The notes under the pieces were generated by a model. That model worked only from the letters and a program-made list of their open reading frames with translations, ran no database searches and was not told where the DNA came from. This document shows positions 1 through 9,569 of a stretch of 64,000 nucleotides of DNA, in pieces. The position numbers were made by a program, and so were the translations under genes. The DNA is taken from IMG/VR virus record IMGVR_UViG_3300033148_003000; one strand, given 5' to 3'. The stretch's first letter is position 1, and every line of letters starts with the position of its first letter. Origin of the DNA: an uncultured virus (IMG/VR IMGVR_UViG_3300033148_003000). Lineage: Duplodnaviria; Heunggongvirae; Uroviricota; Caudoviricetes.

Positions 1-233
1 ACCAAAGATGATGACATGTTTTTACTTACCAAACCTTGAAAAAAACCTCCCCATAAAGGGTGCGCAAACAGGGATTGAAAGAATGATTTTAACTTGTTCA
101 GCAGTCTTTGTACTACACCTTGAGTTCCCACCGTGACAACTAAATCATTGTTGTCGAAGATTATATCACCAGTGGAGTCTTGTAACAAATCTTTACCTAA
201 AATTCCTTCTTTTTCTTTATAATTTTGAGTCAT
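1..233 (-). CDS. Baseplate wedge subunit (gp25/W-like), partial; runs off the window
   Basis: Own translation from ATG at 233: MTQNYKEKEGILGKDLLQDSTGDIIFDNNDLVVTVGTQGVVQRLLNKLKSFFQSLFAHPLWGG; the GD-dl-v and HPxWG pattern and the position after the spike gene fit. Confidence 0.7.
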   Translation of the reverse strand, partial: MTQNYKEKEGILGKDLLQDSTGDIIFDNNDLVVTVGTQGVVQRLLNKLKSFFQSLFAHPLWGGFFQGLVSKNMSSSL

Positions 234-264
234 TTTTAACTTTCATTTTTATTTTTAACTTTTA

Positions 265-1023
265 TTATATTGGCGATTCTGCATATTCATAATCATAATC
301 ATATACATTAAGATATTTATCTATTGTAATCAACGATGGTGTAAAATGGGCAAATGTCGAACGATTTTCTTTTGTATATTGTCTATTTTTCTTTTGTATT
401 AATTTAGCGGTAACATCATCCCAAGTATCTAATATAGGTGGCATTCTAAAAACAAATGGATTTGCACGAGTCATAAAACTTCCATGTTGTTTTCCACTAA
501 TTATTCGATGTTTTGATACAGTTCTTGTTTTTAGAGATATTGTTCCTAATCTTCCAGATCCTACTATTGATGTGTCTTGTTCATTATGTGCAATAACCCA
601 AGATCCATCATATATTGTGTTGTGAATCAACCCAATATGCGATGCTGGTTGATGAGTTCTATATCCTTGACCATAACTAGTACTTCCACCTCTCCAACCA
701 ATAACATCCCCAGGTCTTACACGTAGATTGGTTTCAACAACATTTGATGGTTCTACAAACAAATCAGACCCTTTAGTATCAGGATTATTATCAATGATAA
801 ATTTCCCACCTGGTAAGTTTATTAATGATTGGTATAATAAATATGAAACACTTTGATTGTAAATATCTGGGTTGTAACCTGATCTACATAATACTGTTGA
901 AACACATCTTGCACAACCATCTCGTCTAAAACATTCACCTACTCCATCATTAGCGTTGACTGAATAATTGATGGATTCAACGATGGTTTTATTTTGTTCA
1001 GGTATAAATATTTCACTAAACAT
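265..1023 (-). CDS. NlpC/P60-CHAP-like putative peptidoglycan hydrolase
   Basis: GCARCVSTVL (Cys), PGDVIGW and HIGLI (His) motifs; lies in baseplate cluster. Confidence 0.55.
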   Translation of the reverse strand: MFSEIFIPEQNKTIVESINYSVNANDGVGECFRRDGCARCVSTVLCRSGYNPDIYNQSVSYLLYQSLINLPGGKFIIDNNPDTKGSDLFVEPSNVVETNLRVRPGDVIGWRGGSTSYGQGYRTHQPASHIGLIHNTIYDGSWVIAHNEQDTSIVGSGRLGTISLKTRTVSKHRIISGKQHGSFMTRANPFVFRMPPILDTWDDVTAKLIQKKNRQYTKENRSTFAHFTPSLITIDKYLNVYDYDYEYAESPI

Positions 1024-1038
1024 ATTTCATATGATTCC

Positions 1039-2286
1039 TTAACAAGACATTGTGTTTTCACTTGGAGTTACTGATTTTACTCCAAAATCACCTACTAATC
1101 CGTCTGTTTTATCTCTTTTAAAATATGCTGAATTAGTGATTCGATCATATTGTTTTTTAACAATTTCATAATAATATAACGCTTTTTTAATGTAATTGGT
1201 CATTTTATTGACTGTTTTTTTAGCTTTATTTTTTGTGTCTTTAAATTGTGGTAAATTTTGTATAATTAAAGGGCCATAATCTTTAATATCACCTTTGATA
1301 ACACTTTCAACATCAAAATCCAAGTAGTTTAAATATTCACTTACATCACCACCAATGTTTATAGTCGATGTGATTTTTGAGATTTCATTTTTAACACCTT
1401 TTAAACCTTGAGATTTAATTTTTTCACCTATGGATTTAACTTTGGATGTTAATCCAGATGTTAAACTGTCTAAATTAAAAAGTTGGATTGCTTTCATGTC
1501 AGTCATTGATGATTTAAAAAACTTCATAAAGGGGTTACCAGACAGCGCAGGGTAAAGATTGTAGATATTGATTACTTTAAATGGTGATAATCCGATGATT
1601 TTAACTGCCCATGTTAATAATTGTGTTAATTTTCCCAACTTTTCAGTTTGTTGTTTGTTTGCATCTGCAAGAGATGTTACTTGGGCAAGTTTATTATTAA
1701 GATCATCGAATTTTTGGTCGATTTGTTCAACTATTTCTTCAATGTTTGTTGGTAAGTTGATATTTAAATCACCAATTTGGTTGATATGATTACTCATTGT
1801 TGAGATTGGTTTAGGTGATACCAAGTTAATAAAACTTGAAGAATTAAACATTAAACCTTTTACATCATTCATAAGAAGAATATTTTGTTTAGTTGTTAAC
1901 AAGAAATCCTTTAGAGGGTCAAGTATTTTACCAACAAGTTTACCATATTTTTCTCTTGATCCTTCTGTTGTCGGTGGTTTTTCGGTACGAGTATAAAATG
2001 TTCTCAACAACACCGAATTGTTTATTGAACCAACAAATCCAACAAGTACTTGTTGACCTTCAAAGAAGGGTTGAATTTGTCCCACACCATGACCACTAAA
2101 TGGAGTTCCAATAGGTATGTCGGTTGTTATAAGACCATCTGGGAGTAATTTAACTCTAATTGTTTGTGCATCAGGATAGTACTCAACAACTTCTGCATAA
2201 GAAAATCCAGTGTTGTTGAAGATTTTTTCTTCAATTTCTTGAAATCTTTCAGAAACATTTAAATTAATTTGGTCTTGTTTAGTCAT
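1039..2286 (-). CDS. Baseplate spike protein (gpV/gp5 OB-fold) with long C-terminal extension
   Basis: N-terminal AEVVEY..TIRVKL..GQQVLVGFVG; directly follows the hub gene. Confidence 0.7.
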   Translation of the reverse strand: MTKQDQINLNVSERFQEIEEKIFNNTGFSYAEVVEYYPDAQTIRVKLLPDGLITTDIPIGTPFSGHGVGQIQPFFEGQQVLVGFVGSINNSVLLRTFYTRTEKPPTTEGSREKYGKLVGKILDPLKDFLLTTKQNILLMNDVKGLMFNSSSFINLVSPKPISTMSNHINQIGDLNINLPTNIEEIVEQIDQKFDDLNNKLAQVTSLADANKQQTEKLGKLTQLLTWAVKIIGLSPFKVINIYNLYPALSGNPFMKFFKSSMTDMKAIQLFNLDSLTSGLTSKVKSIGEKIKSQGLKGVKNEISKITSTINIGGDVSEYLNYLDFDVESVIKGDIKDYGPLIIQNLPQFKDTKNKAKKTVNKMTNYIKKALYYYEIVKKQYDRITNSAYFKRDKTDGLVGDFGVKSVTPSENTMSC

Positions 2287-2288
2287 AA

Positions 2289-4187
2289 TTATTCTGTTTT
2301 GTTGTCCGATTTGTCGTTTACTACATGCTCTTCAATTGCACAATAATCAACTCTTGCAGCTTCTGTTGGTGCTCTAAGTGCAAAATAACCTACATGTTTT
2401 TTAAATTCATTAACACTCATTGTCCCTATACGATATTTTAAACTAGATGATACATGATGAACTTGAGTATTACTAATTGCAATCCCTATATGTTCATCAC
2501 CATGTTTAGAACTTCCAAGATAACCAACAATATCACCTCTTTTAATATCTCTATCACTTACATCAGTAAATTTAAAATTTATATTTATAATACTACGTAT
2601 TGCAACAACATTTTCACATTTTATATTTAATCCACAATGTCTTAAAACAGTTGATACAAAATATGCACACCCTTGTGATTTAAATTGTTTATTTTTATAA
2701 TAATTTGCGATGTGATAGATACATTCACTTAAAGAAGTTCCAGGTTGTATTTTACTTAATAAACTGGGGTCTGGTAATACACACACACTTCCATAATCCC
2801 AACCTGGACCACTTGTTATATCACCATACCGTTTCCTAGATCCTACAACACCACCATAGATTTTAAAGAATTGTTCATATTCTAATCCTGCGATAGATTG
2901 ATCTAAAAGAACACCTTCTATTGTTACATCAACTTTATATCCAACGTTTCCCACACCATATTTTTCGACAATATTAGATACATACCATTTAATTTTATCA
3001 AATCCTGTTCCTTCGAAAAATCCTTTGATTACTACGTTATCATCTGGATTTAGGAAAGGATTACCCAAAGTTGAAAATGTTAATTTCCATCTTTTATGAA
3101 TGATATTACTTAAAACTTTTTTTGCTAACGCAGAAAGATCACCGTCATAATTGTATTCATAATATCTAAATAAACGAGTGTTTTTGAGTTTAAGCCCTTT
3201 TTCTTTATTTGATCCACTTGATTTTTTTGTTATTTCTTCGATATATTGATCTCGATCTAGATCTGCGATTCCAACTTCCCAAGTTTTAGTGTTTTGAATA
3301 TAATTACGTATTTCAACACGAATATTTTTATCAGTGAGTCGAGGTTCACGTTGAAAAACAATGTTTTTAATATTAGGTCCTGATTCATTAAGACTATCTG
3401 ACGGACTACCAGTTAACGATTCTTTTTTACCATATGTATAGACGTGTTTTGCAACGGTTGGGTTGAATCTACCAATACGAATTTCCCTATTATGTACTCG
3501 TACTACTTCACCTAATCTTTTTGCACAGTCTTGGATTATACTCCAAAATGATTTATATTTACATAAATACACGTAGCCTTTTTTAGAACCTTTGTCACCT
3601 ATTTTGATGTTGGTATCTACACGAGGAGCAATTTTAATTGTGTGTAATAAACCTTTTTCTTTTGCGATATGTTCGATTAATTCTACACAAGTCATGTCTT
3701 CATATCGTGCAATGATCATGATTGTTTTCAAATAATGGGAAAGATCATGTGCTTGAAATTCAACGTGGTTTTTGGTTGTACACATTTTCAAAGTCGGAAT
3801 GTTAACTGTACCAAAGAACCTCAAATTTTCGTCTTTCTTTAATTCATCTAATAATTCAGGAGAATATTCCTTTAACTTTGTGTCTTCATTTTTAATAAAA
3901 GTAGGAATATTTTTAACATATCCTGAATACACTGATACTTCAAATCTACCGCTTCTACCATCTGCTAAAAATAAATCTCTAAATAATTCTTTAGGAAATT
4001 GTGCTGTTGAACATTTAAATGTTACATTGTCGGTTGATCCTGAGTTGGACTTATTAAGGTTGTAATTCATAACAATGATTGGTAAAGGTTGAGGTATACT
4101 ACCACCTGATTTAGATTGTTGAGGTGACATAAATACAACTGTTCTAGGTGTTGTTGTGTATGTTACAGTATTTATTGCGCTACTCAT
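2289..4187 (-). CDS. Baseplate hub (gp27/gpD/XkdQ-like) with C-terminal NlpC/P60-like hydrolase domain
   Basis: Hub pattern LRFFGTV..AHDLSHYLK..GNPFLNPDD..WYVSNIV; C-terminal GCAYFVSTVL..RGDIVGY..HIGIA. Confidence 0.7.
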   Translation of the reverse strand: MSSAINTVTYTTTPRTVVFMSPQQSKSGGSIPQPLPIIVMNYNLNKSNSGSTDNVTFKCSTAQFPKELFRDLFLADGRSGRFEVSVYSGYVKNIPTFIKNEDTKLKEYSPELLDELKKDENLRFFGTVNIPTLKMCTTKNHVEFQAHDLSHYLKTIMIIARYEDMTCVELIEHIAKEKGLLHTIKIAPRVDTNIKIGDKGSKKGYVYLCKYKSFWSIIQDCAKRLGEVVRVHNREIRIGRFNPTVAKHVYTYGKKESLTGSPSDSLNESGPNIKNIVFQREPRLTDKNIRVEIRNYIQNTKTWEVGIADLDRDQYIEEITKKSSGSNKEKGLKLKNTRLFRYYEYNYDGDLSALAKKVLSNIIHKRWKLTFSTLGNPFLNPDDNVVIKGFFEGTGFDKIKWYVSNIVEKYGVGNVGYKVDVTIEGVLLDQSIAGLEYEQFFKIYGGVVGSRKRYGDITSGPGWDYGSVCVLPDPSLLSKIQPGTSLSECIYHIANYYKNKQFKSQGCAYFVSTVLRHCGLNIKCENVVAIRSIININFKFTDVSDRDIKRGDIVGYLGSSKHGDEHIGIAISNTQVHHVSSSLKYRIGTMSVNEFKKHVGYFALRAPTEAARVDYCAIEEHVVNDKSDNKTE

Positions 4188-4519
4188 TGTGTAATGTTTA
4201 TAACCTGTCCTTTATCTAAAATTAAATCATTGAAATCATTATTTAATAAGATAGTTTCACCTAATGTGTAATCATTATAAAACTGAAATCCTAATCGAAA
4301 CACATCATCGTTTTGTATTGCCGTATATTGTCTTTTCTTGGTATAAACATCAACGTTGTAATAATCAATAAAACGTAAGTTATTTAAAATATTATTATAA
4401 CGAGCAATTGATTGTTGATGTTGAAGATCCAGTTCAAATATATTTGAAATGGGTTGCGATTCCAATTCATCAAGTTTATTTTTAACTTTTTGCATCAAAT
4501 TTTTAATAATTAATGTCAT
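4184..4519 (-). CDS. Tail protein X / LysM-like baseplate protein
   Basis: C-terminal YTAIQNDDVFRLGFQFYND..ILLNN..LDKGQVINI. Confidence 0.6.
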   Translation of the reverse strand: MTLIIKNLMQKVKNKLDELESQPISNIFELDLQHQQSIARYNNILNNLRFIDYYNVDVYTKKRQYTAIQNDDVFRLGFQFYNDYTLGETILLNNDFNDLILDKGQVINITQ

Positions 4520-6297
4520 TAGAATTCTTTCTTAATTTTTTCTTCTAATGTTTCATCTTTTTTGTTTTGTGGTTTTTTTAATATTTCTTTTATTGGAATT
4601 ACACGAGATTTATCATCATCTGTTTTAACACCACAATTATTAGATGCTATAAGTTTTAATTCAGATAAATCTAATTGCCCATTTTTTAATAAAAAACTAT
4701 CTACTTGATGTTTTGGACTTGCAGTTTTATTAATTTCTTCAACTAAACCTGAAATAAAATCATCATTTACGTTAGTTTTATAAGGGCATGTATCAGTTAT
4801 AATTATTTTATTTTTTAATAATTCTCGTTCTTTAAGGTGATACAAAACAGCTCTATTTTTCCATGAAATAAAAGGTTTTTTTTGAGTAAAATTTAATACT
4901 TCACCAGTATAATTTTTTCCTATTATATTAAATCCATAATTTTTTACTGTATAACCTGCTGGTAAAATATCTACACCAACTTTTATAAATGGGTTTTCTT
5001 TTTCTAAATACTCAAAATATTTTTGAATATGAGCATCATTATTTTTATTTTTATTATTATCCGTTACGTCGAATAGAAAATAATATTGTATACAATATCC
5101 TGGACTATTATGATCTTTTAAAACAATTGTATATGTATATGGTACTGTTTTATCTTTAGTTTTATCTTTAGTTTTATCTTTAGTTTCATCTTTAATTGTA
5201 GTTACAATACCAGGAAACATCTTTGATGCACTCATTTTAGATCCTGATTTTGTAGTTGTTGTCATAGAATAACAAGAAACTATATAACCACTCATCATTG
5301 CTGGAACATATGTAATATCTTTTCCATCAATACTTTCAACTTTATTAAAACTTTCTCCTTCTTGACCACGTTTTTTTGTTATTTGGGTGTTTTTATTTTT
5401 AAGATGTTCAGTAACATACATTGGTGATAATGTTAATAATTCATTAATTGTTACTTGATCGAGAAGAAATGATGATTGAAGTATATCTTCTTCTGATGGT
5501 TTCTTTTCAGGTTTTTCTCCTTCTAATTCTTTGTTGATTTCTTCAATAAGTGCAGGTAAATCTTCAAATCGTGGCGATCTTCCGATTTTAGTTTTAACGG
5601 GTTCATCATGTGGTTCGATTTTAATTTCGTATGTAATGTTGTTTTGATGTTTATGAACTAAATTTAATTTTTTTATAACTGCGTTATGTTCTTCAATTTT
5701 GATACCATTCCCTAAACCATTTTTTGATCCCTTGGAGTCATTAGAATGAAGATTATTACTAGTTTTATAAACAAGTGTAATGGGATTTTCTGACTTAAAT
5801 AATTCTTTTAGTTCATTGAAACGATTTTGGGCATCTGCTCCTCGCAATAAACCTGTGAATTCAATTGCTTCTACAAAATCACCCATTAATTGTACATGTT
5901 TTATTCCACCTGGGAATTTATGTACTGGTCCTTCTTTTGTACGTTTTACAGGAAGTTCATCAGGTTCAAAATCATTAAATGATATATATTGTTCAACATC
6001 GTTGATTTTATAAGCGATCATTAATGCACAATTTTTTGATTTTAATAATGATTTAGTGTATTGCGAAATATCAGTTTGATATTTAGGTATTGCTTGTTTT
6101 TTTAAAATGTCGGTTAATACTTCTGATGAATCAATTAAAATTTTCTTTTCTTGATCAGTATAACCTTCTAAACCACTAGTATTAAAGTTGATTTGATCTG
6201 GGTTTTCTATATCAAAAGGATCATCAATTTGAATTAAATCATCTGAAGAATTAATTTTAAATTTGTCGGTATTAAATATATCAGAAAAATTTGTCAT
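4519..6297 (-). CDS. Tail-tube initiator / baseplate organising protein (putative)
   Basis: Immediately after tape measure; VHKFPGG..VQLMGD..IEFTGLLRG motif. Confidence 0.55.
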   Translation of the reverse strand: MTNFSDIFNTDKFKINSSDDLIQIDDPFDIENPDQINFNTSGLEGYTDQEKKILIDSSEVLTDILKKQAIPKYQTDISQYTKSLLKSKNCALMIAYKINDVEQYISFNDFEPDELPVKRTKEGPVHKFPGGIKHVQLMGDFVEAIEFTGLLRGADAQNRFNELKELFKSENPITLVYKTSNNLHSNDSKGSKNGLGNGIKIEEHNAVIKKLNLVHKHQNNITYEIKIEPHDEPVKTKIGRSPRFEDLPALIEEINKELEGEKPEKKPSEEDILQSSFLLDQVTINELLTLSPMYVTEHLKNKNTQITKKRGQEGESFNKVESIDGKDITYVPAMMSGYIVSCYSMTTTTKSGSKMSASKMFPGIVTTIKDETKDKTKDKTKDKTVPYTYTIVLKDHNSPGYCIQYYFLFDVTDNNKNKNNDAHIQKYFEYLEKENPFIKVGVDILPAGYTVKNYGFNIIGKNYTGEVLNFTQKKPFISWKNRAVLYHLKERELLKNKIIITDTCPYKTNVNDDFISGLVEEINKTASPKHQVDSFLLKNGQLDLSELKLIASNNCGVKTDDDKSRVIPIKEILKKPQNKKDETLEEKIKKEF

Positions 6298-8324
6298 TAA
6301 CTTAATAATCCTAAATAATCATCTTTTGTTTCACTTTCACCAAATATATTTTCTAAATATTTGTTAAATTCTTCCCTTGTCATATTACCCTTTTTAGCTG
6401 CAATATGTAATTCTTGTAATTTTAATTCAGATGCAACACCTGTATCATGCATATATTGCATCAATTCAATAACTCTTTTATTATGTTTACGGGTTTCAAG
6501 ATCTGTTGTTTGAAATTTAAAATCTTGAGGTCCTAATTTTGAAGGTTGAATAGTACCTATTTCTTCACGTTTTAGAATTTGTGTCATTGGATCTTGAATT
6601 ATATTAGATAAACCAGGTATTACAAATTTAAGTAAACTATCAGCGCTTCTTGTAATACTTTCAGTACCCTTTTTTGCAAATTTTGTTGCTTCTTCTTTAT
6701 CACCACCTAATAATGATTTTATACTATTACCCACGTTAAAAATAGTTTCTCCAAGTGCTAAAAATATATCTATAAAATGTGAAATATGTATCATTAAAGA
6801 CAGAAATGTAGTTTGAAGAGTTAACATAGCACTTTGCCATGCTAAATTTAATTTAATCATTATAACCATTGATTGAATATGATCATCACTAAGTAATATT
6901 GCGTAATATTTTCCCCATGCTTGAATATATTGATTTAAAACATCTAATCCACCTGTTTCAATAAACTGTTTTAAAAATGTTGAAATTTTAGTTACTAATA
7001 GTCCAATAAAATTAACGGCGGAAACAAATAAATCTTTATTTTTATCTAATACACCAACTTCACTAAAAAAAACAGTAAACATTGACCTAAATATTGTTCC
7101 AATTTGTCCCCCAATCCCAATAAGAGAATTAAGAAATTTTTCGATGTATTTATAAAGTGCTGCATCTTCAATCAGTGATCTTACATAATCAAATGTAGAA
7201 CCAAGATGTTTCATTAAAGGTTTACCAACATAGTTGTCGAGAATTTCCCCAAAATTAATTGTCATCATTTGATATTCGGGAAGAAGTTCAATACCTTTAC
7301 CAGTCATAATGAAATATTTAGACATACCAGCAAAATATTTATTGAGTCTTTTAAACATTGGTTCACCAATTTTTGCCAATGCTAATGAACTATATCCTTT
7401 GATGACACTCAAAGAAAGAATCCAAGACTTTTCCAAATTAGCGAGAATTCTATCGGTGATACCCTTTGCAGCAAGTTCTTTTTGGAACATATCAATGGCT
7501 TCTTTAATATGACCTGATTGAACAGATTGAGAGAATTTCTTTTTGAATTCTAAACTAAAGGATAATTCAAATCTTTGTGCCAGAGATTTAAAATCTCTTG
7601 CACCTTGACCCTGTAATAGTTCTCTGATTGCGAATGTTGCACCACCCATACCCTGTTGTGGATCTAAGAGTGCAAGTTGTACTGCGGAATCCAGTAGACG
7701 TTTTGTTTCACCAATATTAACAGTATTAACTTGAATACCCCTGGCAGCTTTGATCATATCGTCTATTTTGCCACCAGATCTCAACGCCAAACTGGTTGCA
7801 TAACGACCAAGGTCTTCAGATTCTTTTGCTGCTTCTGCTAAGGCTAATTTGTTAATAGATCGAGGTAAAAATTCACCACCGGCAATACCATAGGTTTTCT
7901 TAAATGAGATTTCTTTTTGTGCCTGTATGATTGCATCTAAAGACAACGTTGCGCTTTGTATTTCAGCATTAAGGGTTATAAATGCACCTATAAACCCCTT
8001 GAGAATGTTCCCACCTATAAACATTGCAACTGTTAATTGAAAAAATCTAATATTGGCTGCAAGGGTATTTATTCCACGGGCAATTTTGAAAATTGACGAA
8101 GATTGTAACCCAGGTGGTTGAAATATTTGATCAAGACCAAACCCTTTTGCGGACTTTGCAGCTTGTTTAAATGCAGTTGATAAAGATCCTAAACCTTTGG
8201 TTAAACCAGTCATATTTTTGGTTAGATCAACAACACCAGCAGCACCTAAAACTTGGACACCAATCTTTATGATTGATCCCATTGCTCCTCCACCTGCTGC
8301 TATTCCTGCTAATGGTGCTACCAT
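6297..8324 (-). CDS. Tape measure protein
   Basis: Ala/Gly-rich helical protein with hydrophobic segments, downstream of frameshifted chaperones. Confidence 0.8.
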   Translation of the reverse strand: MVAPLAGIAAGGGAMGSIIKIGVQVLGAAGVVDLTKNMTGLTKGLGSLSTAFKQAAKSAKGFGLDQIFQPPGLQSSSIFKIARGINTLAANIRFFQLTVAMFIGGNILKGFIGAFITLNAEIQSATLSLDAIIQAQKEISFKKTYGIAGGEFLPRSINKLALAEAAKESEDLGRYATSLALRSGGKIDDMIKAARGIQVNTVNIGETKRLLDSAVQLALLDPQQGMGGATFAIRELLQGQGARDFKSLAQRFELSFSLEFKKKFSQSVQSGHIKEAIDMFQKELAAKGITDRILANLEKSWILSLSVIKGYSSLALAKIGEPMFKRLNKYFAGMSKYFIMTGKGIELLPEYQMMTINFGEILDNYVGKPLMKHLGSTFDYVRSLIEDAALYKYIEKFLNSLIGIGGQIGTIFRSMFTVFFSEVGVLDKNKDLFVSAVNFIGLLVTKISTFLKQFIETGGLDVLNQYIQAWGKYYAILLSDDHIQSMVIMIKLNLAWQSAMLTLQTTFLSLMIHISHFIDIFLALGETIFNVGNSIKSLLGGDKEEATKFAKKGTESITRSADSLLKFVIPGLSNIIQDPMTQILKREEIGTIQPSKLGPQDFKFQTTDLETRKHNKRVIELMQYMHDTGVASELKLQELHIAAKKGNMTREEFNKYLENIFGESETKDDYLGLLS

Positions 8325-8327
8325 TTA

Positions 8328-8591
8328 TCAATCTCGATTCACTTTATAAACTTCTTTTCCTTCAGGTTTATTTTTTTCTTCTAGTTCTTTTAACTGTTTG
8401 GTGTATATTTCATTGATAAACGCAAATTCAGTAGTACCTAAACTATTAACCCATTCAGGCGATTTTGTTTCAAAAATTAAACTTAATCGAGCACAATAAT
8501 GAGGGCTAGATCGTAAACACAACATATATAGATATTTTCTATAAAAAAGTCTTCTTATATTATCTATAATATGTTGATCTAAGTCTTTCCC
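8328..8591 (-). CDS. Tail assembly chaperone, C-terminal -1 frameshift extension (gpT-like)
   Basis: -1 frame is open from slippery GGGAAAG (8591-8585): GKDLDQHIIDNIRRLFYRKYLY continues in frame into ORF 8328..8525. Confidence 0.75.
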   Translation of the reverse strand, partial: GKDLDQHIIDNIRRLFYRKYLYMLCLRSSPHYCARLSLIFETKSPEWVNSLGTTEFAFINEIYTKQLKELEEKNKPEGKEVYKVNRD

Positions 8592-8980
8592 TCAGTTGAA
8601 TCTTCAACCAATGCGTCAACTTCTTCTTCAGTATTTGGTGTATCTTCTGAATTCATTTCTTGTGAATATTTGGCCAATTCTTCTTGTTCCGCAAACGAAA
8701 AGCGTGACCAAAAATTTTCAAGAGTTTTATATACTTTAAAATGTTCTCTAACATGTAATTGATCATGAAATGTTGGGTTTTTAGAGTCATTTTCTATACG
8801 TTTTTGGTATTGAACAACCGTCATTGCAGTCTGGGCCATTCCCATTGCTATTGCAGCACCCATATGAGTTGGTGGAAAATCTTCACCATACATTTTTAAA
8901 ATTTTAAGATTATCTGCTGCATTGGATTCTCTAAGAACAACTTTTCTACCTGTTTTTAATGTTACTGGTAATGTAAACAT
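8579..8980 (-). CDS. Tail assembly chaperone (gpG-like)
   Basis: Between tube and tape measure; ends GAG GGA AAG ACT TAG. Confidence 0.8.
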   Translation of the reverse strand: MFTLPVTLKTGRKVVLRESNAADNLKILKMYGEDFPPTHMGAAIAMGMAQTAMTVVQYQKRIENDSKNPTFHDQLHVREHFKVYKTLENFWSRFSFAEQEELAKYSQEMNSEDTPNTEEEVDALVEDSTEGKT

Positions 8981-9028
8981 AATTTCCTTCCTCTTTAATT
9001 AATTTCCCTTTTATTTTTTTATTTTTAT

Positions 9029-9496
9029 TTATGGTAATGTTTTTGGTGGAATAAGATCGTTGACAATTATATCATCTGCTGTCGCAGTAATTGATTCTGT
9101 GATTTCTGCACCTGATTCACTTACTGATACTGTTTTAAATTGTAACACACAATTTGTATATGTCTTTGATTCTAGTCCAACCCCATCACGGGACATTATG
9201 TCATGTTGAATATCATAATATAATGTTTCAAGTCCTTGTCGATGTCTATCGAGAAGTTTTTGTGCAATTCTTGCATTATCTGAACCAGTTTTAGCAGTTT
9301 TCACTTCTATCGTGATATCACCCATGTCAATATCATGTTTAGTTTTTGTACCACCTAATGCTCTACGTGAAAGTAGAACATCATTAACTGTTACTTCGAT
9401 TGAATCGATATCATTGGTTGCAACTGGTACTAAATTGTAAAGAAAAGTAACTTTAGAATTCGTTCCTAATGATGCATTGCTGGTTTTTACTGCCAT
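9029..9496 (-). CDS. Tail tube protein
   Basis: 155 aa beta-rich protein directly after sheath; YTNCVL..EITESITATA. Confidence 0.8.
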   Translation of the reverse strand: MAVKTSNASLGTNSKVTFLYNLVPVATNDIDSIEVTVNDVLLSRRALGGTKTKHDIDMGDITIEVKTAKTGSDNARIAQKLLDRHRQGLETLYYDIQHDIMSRDGVGLESKTYTNCVLQFKTVSVSESGAEITESITATADDIIVNDLIPPKTLP

Positions 9497-9569
9497 AACT
9501 TTATTTCCTCAATTTCTTATTTTACTTATTTAGTGATTATTTGTAATTATTTAAAATTATTAATACTTA

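Noticed and set aside
5148..5190. 12-bp tandem repeat encoding DKTK; similar KTEV repeat near 16100-16135
   Set aside because: Ordinary slippage repeats in protein linkers.
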